Shown piece after piece: positions 1 to 7,483 of a stretch of DNA of 12,748 nucleotides (its first letter is position 1; each line of letters starts with the position of its first letter). Below the pieces are notes generated by a model. That model saw only the letters and a list, made by a program, of their open reading frames with translations, was not told where the DNA came from and did not search any database. The stretch is taken from the NCBI GenBank assembly GCA_038858525.1, contig JAWCFL010000016.1, forward strand, positions 30,297-43,044. The letters are read 5' to 3'. The DNA comes from Candidatus Jordarchaeales archaeon. Its GTDB lineage: Archaea; Asgardarchaeota; Jordiarchaeia; Jordiarchaeales; Freyrarchaeaceae. Position numbers and translations under genes: made by a program.

Positions 1-10
1 AGGAGTGGCA

Positions 11-481
11 GTGTCTGAGACTGTTTCTGAAAAAGAAATTCTTTCAGCATGGTCGATCCTATCAGTGATCGGCGGCCTCTACGCTCTGGGTGTAGGCGCC
101 TTAGTTCTGCCGATACCGTCAGCCATAAACAACGCGTTGACATCAGCGCTCGTTGCATACACGCTCAGCCCTGAAACCTTCGCCCCCGTAATAACAGCTC
201 TTCCGCTTCTACAACTGATCCTAAGCAACCTAACCATAATACTCGGCCTCCTTCCTGGCATGATGGGAAGCCTGGGTGGCGGAATATACGCTTACGGAGT
301 AAGCCTAGTAGTCATTGGTATACTGATAATCGTAGGAGGCTTAATGAGCTGGAGGGGAATGAAGGTCGGAGGCGCCATCTGCCTGATCTTCGGCCTAATA
401 GGATTCCTTGTACTCTTCAACGTGGGCGCAATGCTCGCCCTCATAGGCGGAGTTCTATCATACGTCCTTGCAAAGAAGTAA
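11..481 (+). CDS. Hypothetical multi-pass membrane protein (~156 aa, about 4 TM helices)
   Basis: Hydrophobic Gly/Leu/Ile-rich ORF ending in a KK tail. AGGAG at 1-5 lies 5 nt before GTG at 11, so 11 is preferred over the track start at 5. An upstream start outside the window cannot be excluded. Confidence 0.75.
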   Translation: MSETVSEKEILSAWSILSVIGGLYALGVGALVLPIPSAINNALTSALVAYTLSPETFAPVITALPLLQLILSNLTIILGLLPGMMGSLGGGIYAYGVSLVVIGILIIVGGLMSWRGMKVGGAICLIFGLIGFLVLFNVGAMLALIGGVLSYVLAKK

Positions 482-503
482 ACTATGAAAACACCTGTTC
501 TAT

Positions 504-533
504 CTTTCCATTTTTCTACTTTTTCTTCTGTTT
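504..533 (+). terminator. Archaeal oligo-T terminator region between convergent genes
   Basis: T5 runs at 511-515 and 520-524 within a pyrimidine-rich stretch just after the stop at 481. Confidence 0.5.
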
Positions 534-537
534 GGCA

Positions 538-795
538 TTATACGTTATTAGTAGTTATACTTAGTGGTGGTCTTGCTGGTAAGATTTCAGGCAGTATTCT
601 GATGGTTGGGGGGCGAGGCGGCTGGATGGTGAATATGGGCAGTGTCAGTTTGCTCTCCCCCTTCATCAGCTCGCATTGGAGGCAGACTCGTGGATCAATA
701 GTCACCTCGCCTTCCTCCCATGAAACCCTTACAGCGTTACATGCACTCCCCTTAACCATGCATTTAACCACGTTTTCCTTAGGCATCCAATCCAC
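538..795 (-). CDS. Small hypothetical protein with 4 Cys (C-x6-C ... CxxC) and a Pro-rich C-terminal tail
   Basis: 85-aa ORF filling the gap between two plus-strand genes. GGAGG lies upstream of GTG 795; the alternative start ATG 786 has GGGTGG upstream. Contains a CLQC motif. Confidence 0.6.
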   Translation of the reverse strand: MDWMPKENVVKCMVKGSACNAVRVSWEEGEVTIDPRVCLQCELMKGESKLTLPIFTIQPPRPPTIRILPEILPARPPLSITTNNV

Positions 796-860
796 CCTTA
801 TCCTCCTCTCCAGAACATAGTTAAAGGAGTTCGCAACTAATAAGTTTTAGGAGGGTTCTC

Positions 861-1265
861 ATGAGTGGAAGGCTCTCCGAGACTAACGCTGGAAGCCATA
901 CTGTTCAGGGAAAAGACGTTCTAATTTACGGCTCCTGTATATCGACGGAACACCCTGAAGTCTTCAGGGAAATTTCAAGGGGGCGCACCTCTCTTTCAGC
1001 ATGTCTGGAAGCTGAGCACATGAACATGATCGTCTACAAGTTGGCATACATGTTTAAGCTAAAGAATCCGCCAGCATCATTAACAATACTAACGATAGAC
1101 GGCTCTCCACACTGCGTCCAGTTGCATTACGCCGTCCAAGAAGCACTTAGAATATCCGGAGCCGAGATCCCAACGACTCACCTAGTGATCGCTAACGGAA
1201 AAGTCGTTGAGGTAAGCTCCGAAGCAGTAAAAAGGTCAAGGTGGCTAAGCAAGATAAAAACGTAA
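861..1265 (+). CDS. Stand-alone Fe-S/metal-binding protein (archaeal '4Fe-4S ferredoxin / iron-sulfur cluster-binding oxidoreductase' C-terminal-domain type)
   Basis: SD GGAGGG before the ATG. Motifs LIYGSC, ACLE and LTIDGSPHCVQLHY recall this family (bacterial relatives have ADC / GCPKLD / MEVPCC). Family assignment is from memory. Confidence 0.7.
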   Translation: MSGRLSETNAGSHTVQGKDVLIYGSCISTEHPEVFREISRGRTSLSACLEAEHMNMIVYKLAYMFKLKNPPASLTILTIDGSPHCVQLHYAVQEALRISGAEIPTTHLVIANGKVVEVSSEAVKRSRWLSKIKT

Positions 1266-1267
1266 AG

Positions 1268-1289
1268 CAAGTAACAGGACAAGTAACAG
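1268..1289 (+). repeat. Tandem direct repeat CAAGTAACAG x2 (12-nt period)
   Basis: CAAGTAACAG at 1268-1277 and 1280-1289, directly after the stop codon at 1265. Confidence 0.8.
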
Positions 1290-1460
1290 TGCTCCAACGA
1301 GACTGCTTCACTTTTACGCGCGAAAAAATAAGGGCGTGTGTCCCCGTTCTAATTGCAGCAACTACCTGTCGCCTGCATGTTTCCGAAAATTAAGCGCTTC
1401 GCGAACTGGTACTAACAGGGGGAGAAGAGAGGTTACCTTTACCCTTCCTAAGGTGGGTGA

Positions 1461-2063
1461 ATGCGTATGTTTCAGGAATGGACCCCGCTAATGGTTAACG
1501 CTTTCATTGCTGGTGTTGGTAGAGCTCTGGATTTGCTTTCAACTTGGTATGTGACTCCCAAACTTAGGCTTGAGACGAGCAGGGTAATTGGGCGGCTTGG
1601 CTGGAAGGGCGCTGTTGTGTTGCAACTTCCAGTAGTTGCATTAGCGTCCTTCCACGTTTTCGTTGCACTCTTCGTCCTCTTCTTTTCGCTTTTCCTCGCA
1701 GCGGGAAACGTTCAGGGGGCTTGGTTTGTTAGGGGGATTGGCGAAGAGAACTACTTCAGGTTGATGGTTGAGGCTGTTAGGAAGGCAAAGTGGAGGGAAA
1801 TCGTGGCTAGTGAAGCCGCGCACTTAGTCCTCCACGTGGCGCCTGCAGCCGCGCTCACCTGGATAACGCTCTCCGCGTCCTCCTTTCAGTTTTCATCATG
1901 GGACACATATACATTAGCGCTTCCCATACTCCTAGCGCTTGCTTTCTACGGCTTCCTGGGAACCTTCAGGATGCTGACGTATCTTCACAGGCTCAAGAAG
2001 GCTGCTATAGTCATGAAGAAAGGCGGTGGCAACTTCAAACAGACGCCTTCAAGCTTTGATTAA
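1461..2063 (+). CDS. Conserved hypothetical membrane protein (DUF5658-like D..ST...E motif)
   Basis: SD AGGTGGGTGA adjacent to the ATG. Several TM segments; N-terminal RALDLLSTWYVTPKLRLE motif. Confidence 0.75.
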   Translation: MRMFQEWTPLMVNAFIAGVGRALDLLSTWYVTPKLRLETSRVIGRLGWKGAVVLQLPVVALASFHVFVALFVLFFSLFLAAGNVQGAWFVRGIGEENYFRLMVEAVRKAKWREIVASEAAHLVLHVAPAAALTWITLSASSFQFSSWDTYTLALPILLALAFYGFLGTFRMLTYLHRLKKAAIVMKKGGGNFKQTPSSFD

Positions 2064-2072
2064 GCGCCCGTC

Positions 2073-2085
2073 GACCTTATATTAA
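2073..2085 (+). promoter_or_regulatory. Putative TATA box for the gene at 2116
   Basis: TTATATTAA at 2077-2085, about 30 nt upstream of the ATG at 2116. Confidence 0.45.
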
Positions 2086-2115
2086 CGGAACACAATACTC
2101 TTCAAGGTGGTTATA

Positions 2116-2895
2116 ATGGAAGAAAAGGTTTACACTGTGGATTTCTGGAAAACCGATATTCACGGGGAGGAGATAGGGATCAGGCAGAAGGAAGTTTTAA
2201 TGTCTAAGTCGAGGCAGTTCACTAGAGACATGGACCTCTACGGCTCTGTTAAGCTCGGGTCTGAGGAGGTCGGGTATATCGGTTACAGAAGTGGGATCTG
2301 GGACTCCGGCGAGGTGGGGCTGGAGGAGAAGAGGCTCGTCGTGAAGTTTTTTTCGAAGTCGATCTCTTGGATTGGAAGCATAGAGGAGCTTGTCAGTAGG
2401 AGCGTTGCGAGGTCTATTGGTGTGGGGCAGCCTCTGCCCGCCTTCGCCGTCGTGCTTGCTGAAGATAGAATAGTCCACTACTTGGAGAAGATTTACCGTG
2501 GACCCGCAAGAACGGAGACCTACGTGCTTTCATCAGTGGATGAAGAAAACGGCTTTCTCCACACGGTGAAGCTGGTAGGTAAGCGGGTTTCGCTGGGAGC
2601 AGACTTCGACGTGCTCTATGGAGCTGAAGAGAAAAAAGTTGGAAAAGTGGATTCCAAGCTGCTAAACGTAGGAGGAAAGGTTGAAGTCAAACTCTCGGAG
2701 GAAGTTGCTGAGAGTAAGACTCTCGCTAACTTACTGGTTCTCTTCGCCGCAACTTTAAGGTTTCAAGGTGGAGTCGAGTCAAAAATAGAGAAGCTCATTG
2801 ACATGATGAAGAAAGAAAATAGGACTGTTAAAGTTCAAAGCGAAGAGGTTGGACTTCTAGTCAACCCGAGAATCCTTAAGAGCGCAGTCTTCTAG
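2116..2895 (+). CDS. Hypothetical protein with a C-terminal LURP-one/scramblase/tubby-C-like beta-barrel signature
   Basis: SD AGGTGG at 2105-2110 favours ATG 2116 over the track start at 2107. The segment KRVSLGADFDV...KKVGKVDSKLLNVGGKVEVKL followed by the hydrophobic helix LANLLVLFAATL resembles the LURP-one pattern. Confidence 0.75.
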   Translation: MEEKVYTVDFWKTDIHGEEIGIRQKEVLMSKSRQFTRDMDLYGSVKLGSEEVGYIGYRSGIWDSGEVGLEEKRLVVKFFSKSISWIGSIEELVSRSVARSIGVGQPLPAFAVVLAEDRIVHYLEKIYRGPARTETYVLSSVDEENGFLHTVKLVGKRVSLGADFDVLYGAEEKKVGKVDSKLLNVGGKVEVKLSEEVAESKTLANLLVLFAATLRFQGGVESKIEKLIDMMKKENRTVKVQSEEVGLLVNPRILKSAVF

Positions 2896-2914
2896 CAGAC
2901 ACCTTTAAGCGTTT

Positions 2915-3556
2915 TTAACCGCCACGTCCAAGCATTTTTTTGCCTTCTTCGTAGCCAAAGTGGAAGGCGTCTATGTTTTTCTCCGGGTTTTCCAATCGTT
3001 CCATTATGGTTTCCTCTATGTGGCGTATTTCGAGGGGGATTCTACCCGTCGCGAAGGAGATGCCGAGCATTATGGTTCCAGCCATCGTGTAGCCTCCATA
3101 TTTTTCGTCCGCCATCCTGTTAACGTTAACCGTGTAGACGTGAGGCGTGAACGCTTTCATGGCTTCAACGAACTTCTCTATTGGGGGGTACTCTGCCTCG
3201 CCTGCCCTGACCGAAACCGGCCAGACCTCGTATGTGTTCATTATAACTATGCCGCTGCTTGAAACATACTTCGCGTTTCTAAGGGTTTCCATCGGCTCAA
3301 GCCCGATTAGCAGGTCAGCTGTTCCAGACGGGATGAGGGAGGCGTGGATTCCGCGTCTCTCATCATACTCCTCTCCAGGCTCAAGGACGCCGAACCTCAC
3401 GTGGCTGTTGACTGACCCCTCTCTCTGTGACGCCCCCCTCGTCTCCGTCCCGCCAACCATGATGCCCGCCTTCACCGCTGCATACTTTAGAAGCATTCCT
3501 ATTGTCATCACTCCTTGGCCGCCAACTCCAGCAATCAAGATGTTAACCTTCTTCAT
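2915..3556 (-). CDS. iorB: Indolepyruvate:ferredoxin oxidoreductase beta subunit
   Basis: ILIAGVGGQGV, ETRGASQREGSVNSHVRFG and ADLLIGLEPMETLR are POR-gamma/IorB motifs. True start is ATG 3556, overlapping the iorA stop (ATGA at 3556-3553). Confidence 0.93.
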   Translation of the reverse strand: MKKVNILIAGVGGQGVMTIGMLLKYAAVKAGIMVGGTETRGASQREGSVNSHVRFGVLEPGEEYDERRGIHASLIPSGTADLLIGLEPMETLRNAKYVSSSGIVIMNTYEVWPVSVRAGEAEYPPIEKFVEAMKAFTPHVYTVNVNRMADEKYGGYTMAGTIMLGISFATGRIPLEIRHIEETIMERLENPEKNIDAFHFGYEEGKKMLGRGG

Positions 3557-5520
3557 GCCTTCGCCTCCTCTAGAATTGAGGTATTCCTCCATATTTTCGT
3601 GTGAGTTATGGCGCATCCCTTACAGAGCTGCTTGCAGACGGAGCAGTTGACGCATCTGCCGAGGTCTATCTTTGAAACCTTCCTGCCTTCGAACTCGCCT
3701 GCCACTATCGCTGGGCAACCAAAAGCCTTCAAGCACTCCTCACAGAATATGCATATGTGCTCTGCCACCTCGTAGAACTCCTCAATACCCTTTCTCTTTT
3801 TCTCCGCCTCAATTTCCCTCACTCTTCTCTTCGCTTGGAGCACGCATTCCTGCCTTGAAACCACAACCCTAACGCCGCTTCGCTTGAACGCCTCGTCGAA
3901 CACCGATATCGCCTGCTTTAAGTTGAAGGGGTCAACCACCCTCACGTAGTCGGCGCCCAGCGCCTTGCAGACCTCAGCGATGTCCACCGCCTTAGCTTTG
4001 CCTGTAGCGGAGAGCCCTGTTCCCGGGTGAGGCTGGTGCCCTGTCATGGCTGTCCACCCATTATCCATCACGACTATGAGTATGTCTGCTTTGTTCCACA
4101 CAGCGTTAAGCACAGCCGGCATCCCCGTGTGGAAGAAGGTTGAGTCCCCAATGAAGGCCACAACCTTCTGCTTCTTGCTCTTAAAGCTTATCCCGGAGGC
4201 TATGCTTATACCGGCTGACATGCAGACCATAAAGTCACTCATGTTAAAGGGCGGAAGAGAAGCGTTGGCGTAGCAGCCTATGTCCCCTCCCCAAACGATA
4301 TCGTAGCCCTTGCCCTCAACGGCCTTTTTTATCGCGTATAGTGTCGCCCTGTGAGAGCAGCCGGGGCAGAAGCCAGGCGTCCTCATCATGAGGAGGCTGC
4401 TGAAGCCAAGCGTCTTCAACGCCAGCTCCTGAGGGTTTATGGGCAACTCAACTCCGAAAACCTTGCTGTAAGCGACGAGCGCGTCATCAACGCTCAGCTC
4501 GCCTGCAGGAGAGAACAACTCCTTCCCGACTATCTTGACGCTTAACCCCTCGTCATAGGCGATCTTTTTAAGTTCATCCTCCAAGAAGCCTTCAAGCTCC
4601 TCCATAACCACGATCTTTTCAAGGTTCTCGGCGAACTCCGCCACCAGCTTCTTGGATAACGGGTAAACCATGCCAAGCTTAAGTATCGGCACGTCGTAAA
4701 GCTTTAACATGTCAAGCGCCTCAAGAGTGTAGTTGTATGAGACGCCGGACGTCACTATACCAATCTTCCTACTCCCCTCAAGGACCCTGTTCAGCGGCGT
4801 CCTGTAAGCATAGTCCCCCGCCAGCCGAGCCATGTTCCTAAGAAGCTTCTGCTTGTTAGAGACCGCTATCACCAGGGCACTGAAATACTTGCCCCAGTTT
4901 TTCACGAAATACCCCTCCTCCTTCGGAGGCTTTAACTCTCCGAGGACGACTGGGCCGAGAGAATGGCTGGTCCTGGCGGTCATGTTAAGCATAACCGGCA
5001 CGTCAAACTCCTCGGAAATGCTGAAAGCCGTGGAAGTAAAGTCCTTGCACTCTTGCGGATTCGAGGGCTCAACCACAGGCATGTGGGCGTGTAAGCCGTA
5101 GTACCTGTTATCCTGCTCGTTGGTGCTCGAAATACAGCTCGGGTCTCCACCATTAACTATCACCAGTCCTCCTCCAGGTCCAACGCCACAGTAGCACAGT
5201 GTAAAGAGCGGGTCTGAGGCGACGTTCATACCAACCATCTTCATGGCGCAGAGCGCGCGGACACCACTCCAGCTAGCGCCTATAGCGGTCTCCAAAGCTA
5301 CATACTCATTAGTGGAATACTGGGCGACAAGCCCCGGAAACTCCCTCGCCACCTCAACAAGCGTGTCTAAGACCTCTGAGGCAGGAGTACCTGGGTAGCC
5401 GGAAGCAAGCCCTACGCCAGCCTCTAGAGCACCCCTCGCGACAGCCTCGTTACCTAAAAGCAGAACGCGCTTCCCAGGCTCATTCAAGGCAACATCGCTA
5501 ACCAAATATGAAGCCTCCAT
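3553..5520 (-). CDS. iorA: Indolepyruvate:ferredoxin oxidoreductase alpha subunit
   Basis: LLGNEAVARGALEAGV, GYPGTPASE, FCPGCSHR, GDIGCY, TPP motif GDSTFFHTG...N, and a C-terminal 2x[4Fe-4S] domain (CIFCEEC...GCPAI; CVNCSVCKQLC). Confidence 0.96.
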   Translation of the reverse strand: MEASYLVSDVALNEPGKRVLLLGNEAVARGALEAGVGLASGYPGTPASEVLDTLVEVAREFPGLVAQYSTNEYVALETAIGASWSGVRALCAMKMVGMNVASDPLFTLCYCGVGPGGGLVIVNGGDPSCISSTNEQDNRYYGLHAHMPVVEPSNPQECKDFTSTAFSISEEFDVPVMLNMTARTSHSLGPVVLGELKPPKEEGYFVKNWGKYFSALVIAVSNKQKLLRNMARLAGDYAYRTPLNRVLEGSRKIGIVTSGVSYNYTLEALDMLKLYDVPILKLGMVYPLSKKLVAEFAENLEKIVVMEELEGFLEDELKKIAYDEGLSVKIVGKELFSPAGELSVDDALVAYSKVFGVELPINPQELALKTLGFSSLLMMRTPGFCPGCSHRATLYAIKKAVEGKGYDIVWGGDIGCYANASLPPFNMSDFMVCMSAGISIASGISFKSKKQKVVAFIGDSTFFHTGMPAVLNAVWNKADILIVVMDNGWTAMTGHQPHPGTGLSATGKAKAVDIAEVCKALGADYVRVVDPFNLKQAISVFDEAFKRSGVRVVVSRQECVLQAKRRVREIEAEKKRKGIEEFYEVAEHICIFCEECLKAFGCPAIVAGEFEGRKVSKIDLGRCVNCSVCKQLCKGCAITHTKIWRNTSILEEAKA

Positions 5521-5550
5521 AACCTTCTACAATGTAACAACGTTCTCTAA

Positions 5551-5572
5551 ATTATTTAAACTTAAGTTTCTA
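5551..5572 (-). promoter_or_regulatory. iorAB promoter (TTTAAATA) overlapped by a perfect 12-bp palindrome AAACTTAAGTTT
   Basis: The minus strand reads GAAACTTAAG-TTTAAATA about 30 nt upstream of the iorA ATG. The palindrome is at 5558-5569. Confidence 0.55.
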
Positions 5573-5641
5573 AGCCTAAGTACGCCACAAAAACACAATC
5601 CACAACCAAAAACTCCACCTAAAAATGTTAGAACCTAATCA

Positions 5642-6319
5642 TCATCCGTCTTCGAGTGACTCCCCCTTGAATCCGCCCATCCGAATCAGCAGGGATCTCA
5701 ATTCCTCGCTCACCGCCCTCTCCAAAATGTCTCGCCCACCTCCCTCCACGAATCCTAACGCCAACTCTCTAATATCGTCCCTTTCAGGGTACTTTTCTAG
5801 GAAACGTTGCCACAACGCTTTAGCCATCGGGACGAAGTCCTCAGAGGAGAGCATTGCCCTCAGCCTGTCAGGCGTCATAAACCCACTTCCCTCAGCATCC
5901 ACCTCGTCACTAAAACTCGGCACCCCTCCAACTAGTGCTAAGAAGACGTAGTTCACTTCGTTGTCGTCCTCGTCGTAAAGCGGACCCATGAAAAAGGACA
6001 GCCTACCGCGAACCCCCATCTCCTCAATCAGCTCCCGCTCAGCAGCCTTAAAAAGCCCATCAGGGCTTAACGCCTCTTTAGGGGAAACGTGGCCGGAAGC
6101 CGTATCCGTATACCTTCCAGGGTTACTCCTCTTAAGTTTAGACCTCTTCTGGACGAGAATTAACCCGTCCTCGCTAAAGCCCAAAACCCTGACCACTATG
6201 TGAGGCACATTAGCTCTGTGAGCTTCCTCCCTGCCTAAAGGGTAAACTCTAACCTCTCCATCCTCTAGCCTAACACACGCAATCACTTCGTCTTCCTCAT
6301 ACATCTCCCAGACCACCAA
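5642..6319 (-). CDS. Nudix hydrolase, IDI-type-1/YfcD-like
   Basis: PHIVVRVLGF, LVQKRSKLK..PGRYTDTASGHV, and Nudix box G-x5-E...AAERELIEEMGV with a ~5-residue insertion. TTG start with GGTG 5 nt upstream. Confidence 0.85.
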   Translation of the reverse strand: MVVWEMYEEDEVIACVRLEDGEVRVYPLGREEAHRANVPHIVVRVLGFSEDGLILVQKRSKLKRSNPGRYTDTASGHVSPKEALSPDGLFKAAERELIEEMGVRGRLSFFMGPLYDEDDNEVNYVFLALVGGVPSFSDEVDAEGSGFMTPDRLRAMLSSEDFVPMAKALWQRFLEKYPERDDIRELALGFVEGGGRDILERAVSEELRSLLIRMGGFKGESLEDG

Positions 6320-6351
6320 GCAGGCACCGCTTAATCACATACCCCACGAAA

Positions 6352-6370
6352 ACATAAACCCCTTTTTTCC
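6352..6370 (-). promoter_or_regulatory. Putative BRE-TATA for the Nudix gene
   Basis: The minus strand reads GGAAAAAAGG-GGTTTATG, about 35 nt upstream of the start. Confidence 0.45.
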
Positions 6371-6420
6371 TTTACCCTAAAATCTTGAAAATATTTAACT
6401 CTTCAACCTTCAAAGTTACT

Positions 6421-6496
6421 GCAGGCTCTCCTCCTAAAAGGCTAAAATGAACAGATTGCTTGTTTAACCTTCTAATCTGTTCATGGCGTCTTTTTT
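6421..6496 (+). ncRNA. Candidate small hairpin RNA (or palindromic operator)
   Basis: Perfect 11-bp inverted repeat (6447-6457 / 6474-6484), outer stem AAAAGGC/GTCTTTT, T6 at 6491-6496, and GAAAA-TATTTAAC at 6387-6399 about 26 nt upstream of 6421. Confidence 0.35.
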
Positions 6497-6600
6497 AGAC
6501 ACTTGCCGCCACTTTTCCGCATAAAAATAAAAGAAAAAACATTAATGCCCTGCCCCCTTGAATGTAGCAGCAGAGCTCCTTTCACTATGGGGGTTTCTTC

Positions 6601-7440
6601 TTGCTACTGATATCTACCGCTAAGCATACTCTGGAGGAACTGCTTAAAGTGAGGGGATACGTAGATGGATACGAGCTCGGAATAGGCAGCGTGGAGCATA
6701 ACAGGATGCTCTGCAGCGTCCTAGGCGGCTCCATTCTAACCATCCATAACCTTCCAGCTCTTATGCCGGGGGAGGAAGCATTCATGATGGAACCGGCAGC
6801 TGACCCTAAGCCCGCAGCCAAGATGGCTACTAAGATGATTAAACGTATGGAGAACATGCTCGGGTCTTGGAGCGTTTATGGGGTTCACGCAGGGTTGAGA
6901 GGGAAGATAAAGGGTCCAAGTGACTTCACAATTAAAGGAAATCTGCTCCCGTTCGAGAAGTGCCTAGAAAACATAAGGACGTTCTGTGAGTTAATGCGGA
7001 ACGTGGCTCGGCATGGCAGTCTTGCTGTCGAAAACATTTACGGGGCGGATGAGAGGTCGCCAGCAGTAGGAGCTGACGAGAATGAACTTTTGCTTCTGTC
7101 AAGGGTCGTGCCGCTCCTTCTAGACCTCGGTCACTTGGCGGTTAACTGCGCCTACAGGAGTGTCCCACTCGAAAGCTTAAACCTCAAAGGTTTACGTATC
7201 GCCGAGCTCCACGTAAGCTTCCTTCACCCAAAAATAAAGGACTTCACACCGGAAAGCTTGAGGGCGGCGCCAATGTTCTGGGACCATCACCCCTACACGG
7301 ACACCCCTGTGAACAGGCAGATCCTAAATATGGCATCACAGCTCATAAACGAAACACAGCTCATAGTGGCGGAGGTGAGCGGAACACCGGAAGAAACTAG
7401 ACAGACGCTGGAAAAGCTCTTCTTCGCTAGAAGCAGGTAG
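6601..7440 (+). CDS. TIM-barrel protein, xylose-isomerase-like / AP-endonuclease-2 superfamily
   Basis: Metal-ligand-type motifs in the expected order: GYELG, TIHN, GVHAG, LAVEN, LLLDLGHL, ELHVS, DHHP, VAEV. Confidence 0.75.
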   Translation: MLLISTAKHTLEELLKVRGYVDGYELGIGSVEHNRMLCSVLGGSILTIHNLPALMPGEEAFMMEPAADPKPAAKMATKMIKRMENMLGSWSVYGVHAGLRGKIKGPSDFTIKGNLLPFEKCLENIRTFCELMRNVARHGSLAVENIYGADERSPAVGADENELLLLSRVVPLLLDLGHLAVNCAYRSVPLESLNLKGLRIAELHVSFLHPKIKDFTPESLRAAPMFWDHHPYTDTPVNRQILNMASQLINETQLIVAEVSGTPEETRQTLEKLFFARSR

Positions 7441-7444
7441 CCCA

Positions 7445-7458
7445 ACAAAAAATATATC
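7445..7458 (+). promoter_or_regulatory. BRE-TATA promoter of the H/ACA RNA
   Basis: A-rich BRE followed by ATATAT at 7452-7457. The predicted TSS at ~7482-7485 coincides with the 5' end of the hairpin. Confidence 0.6.
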
Positions 7459-7483
7459 TTAACTTTCGGGGCAAGATCATTAA

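Noticed and set aside
1268-1289. CAAGTAACAG tandem repeat as a CRISPR or mobile-element remnant
   Set aside because: Only two 10-nt copies with a 2-nt spacer, and no cas or transposase genes.
1331-1339. 9-nt complementarity (AGGGCGTGT) to the loop of the 10711 RNA (10745-10753)
   Set aside because: A match of this length is expected by chance in 12.7 kb and does not extend.
1336-1491. ~51-codon ORF MCPRSNCSNYLSPAC... in the 1266-1460 spacer
   Set aside because: Weak SD, no recognizable Cys spacing, and it overlaps the next gene's start. Likely chance.
5642-6319. Calling the Nudix gene idi (type-1 isopentenyl-diphosphate isomerase)
   Set aside because: The catalytic Cys motif is absent and the hydrolase-type REUXEE box is present, so no gene symbol is assigned.
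6447-6484. SECIS-like reading of the AUGA-starting hairpin
   Set aside because: The stem is fully Watson-Crick paired with no GA quartet, it is not in a 3' UTR, and no in-frame UGA selenoprotein candidate occurs in the window.
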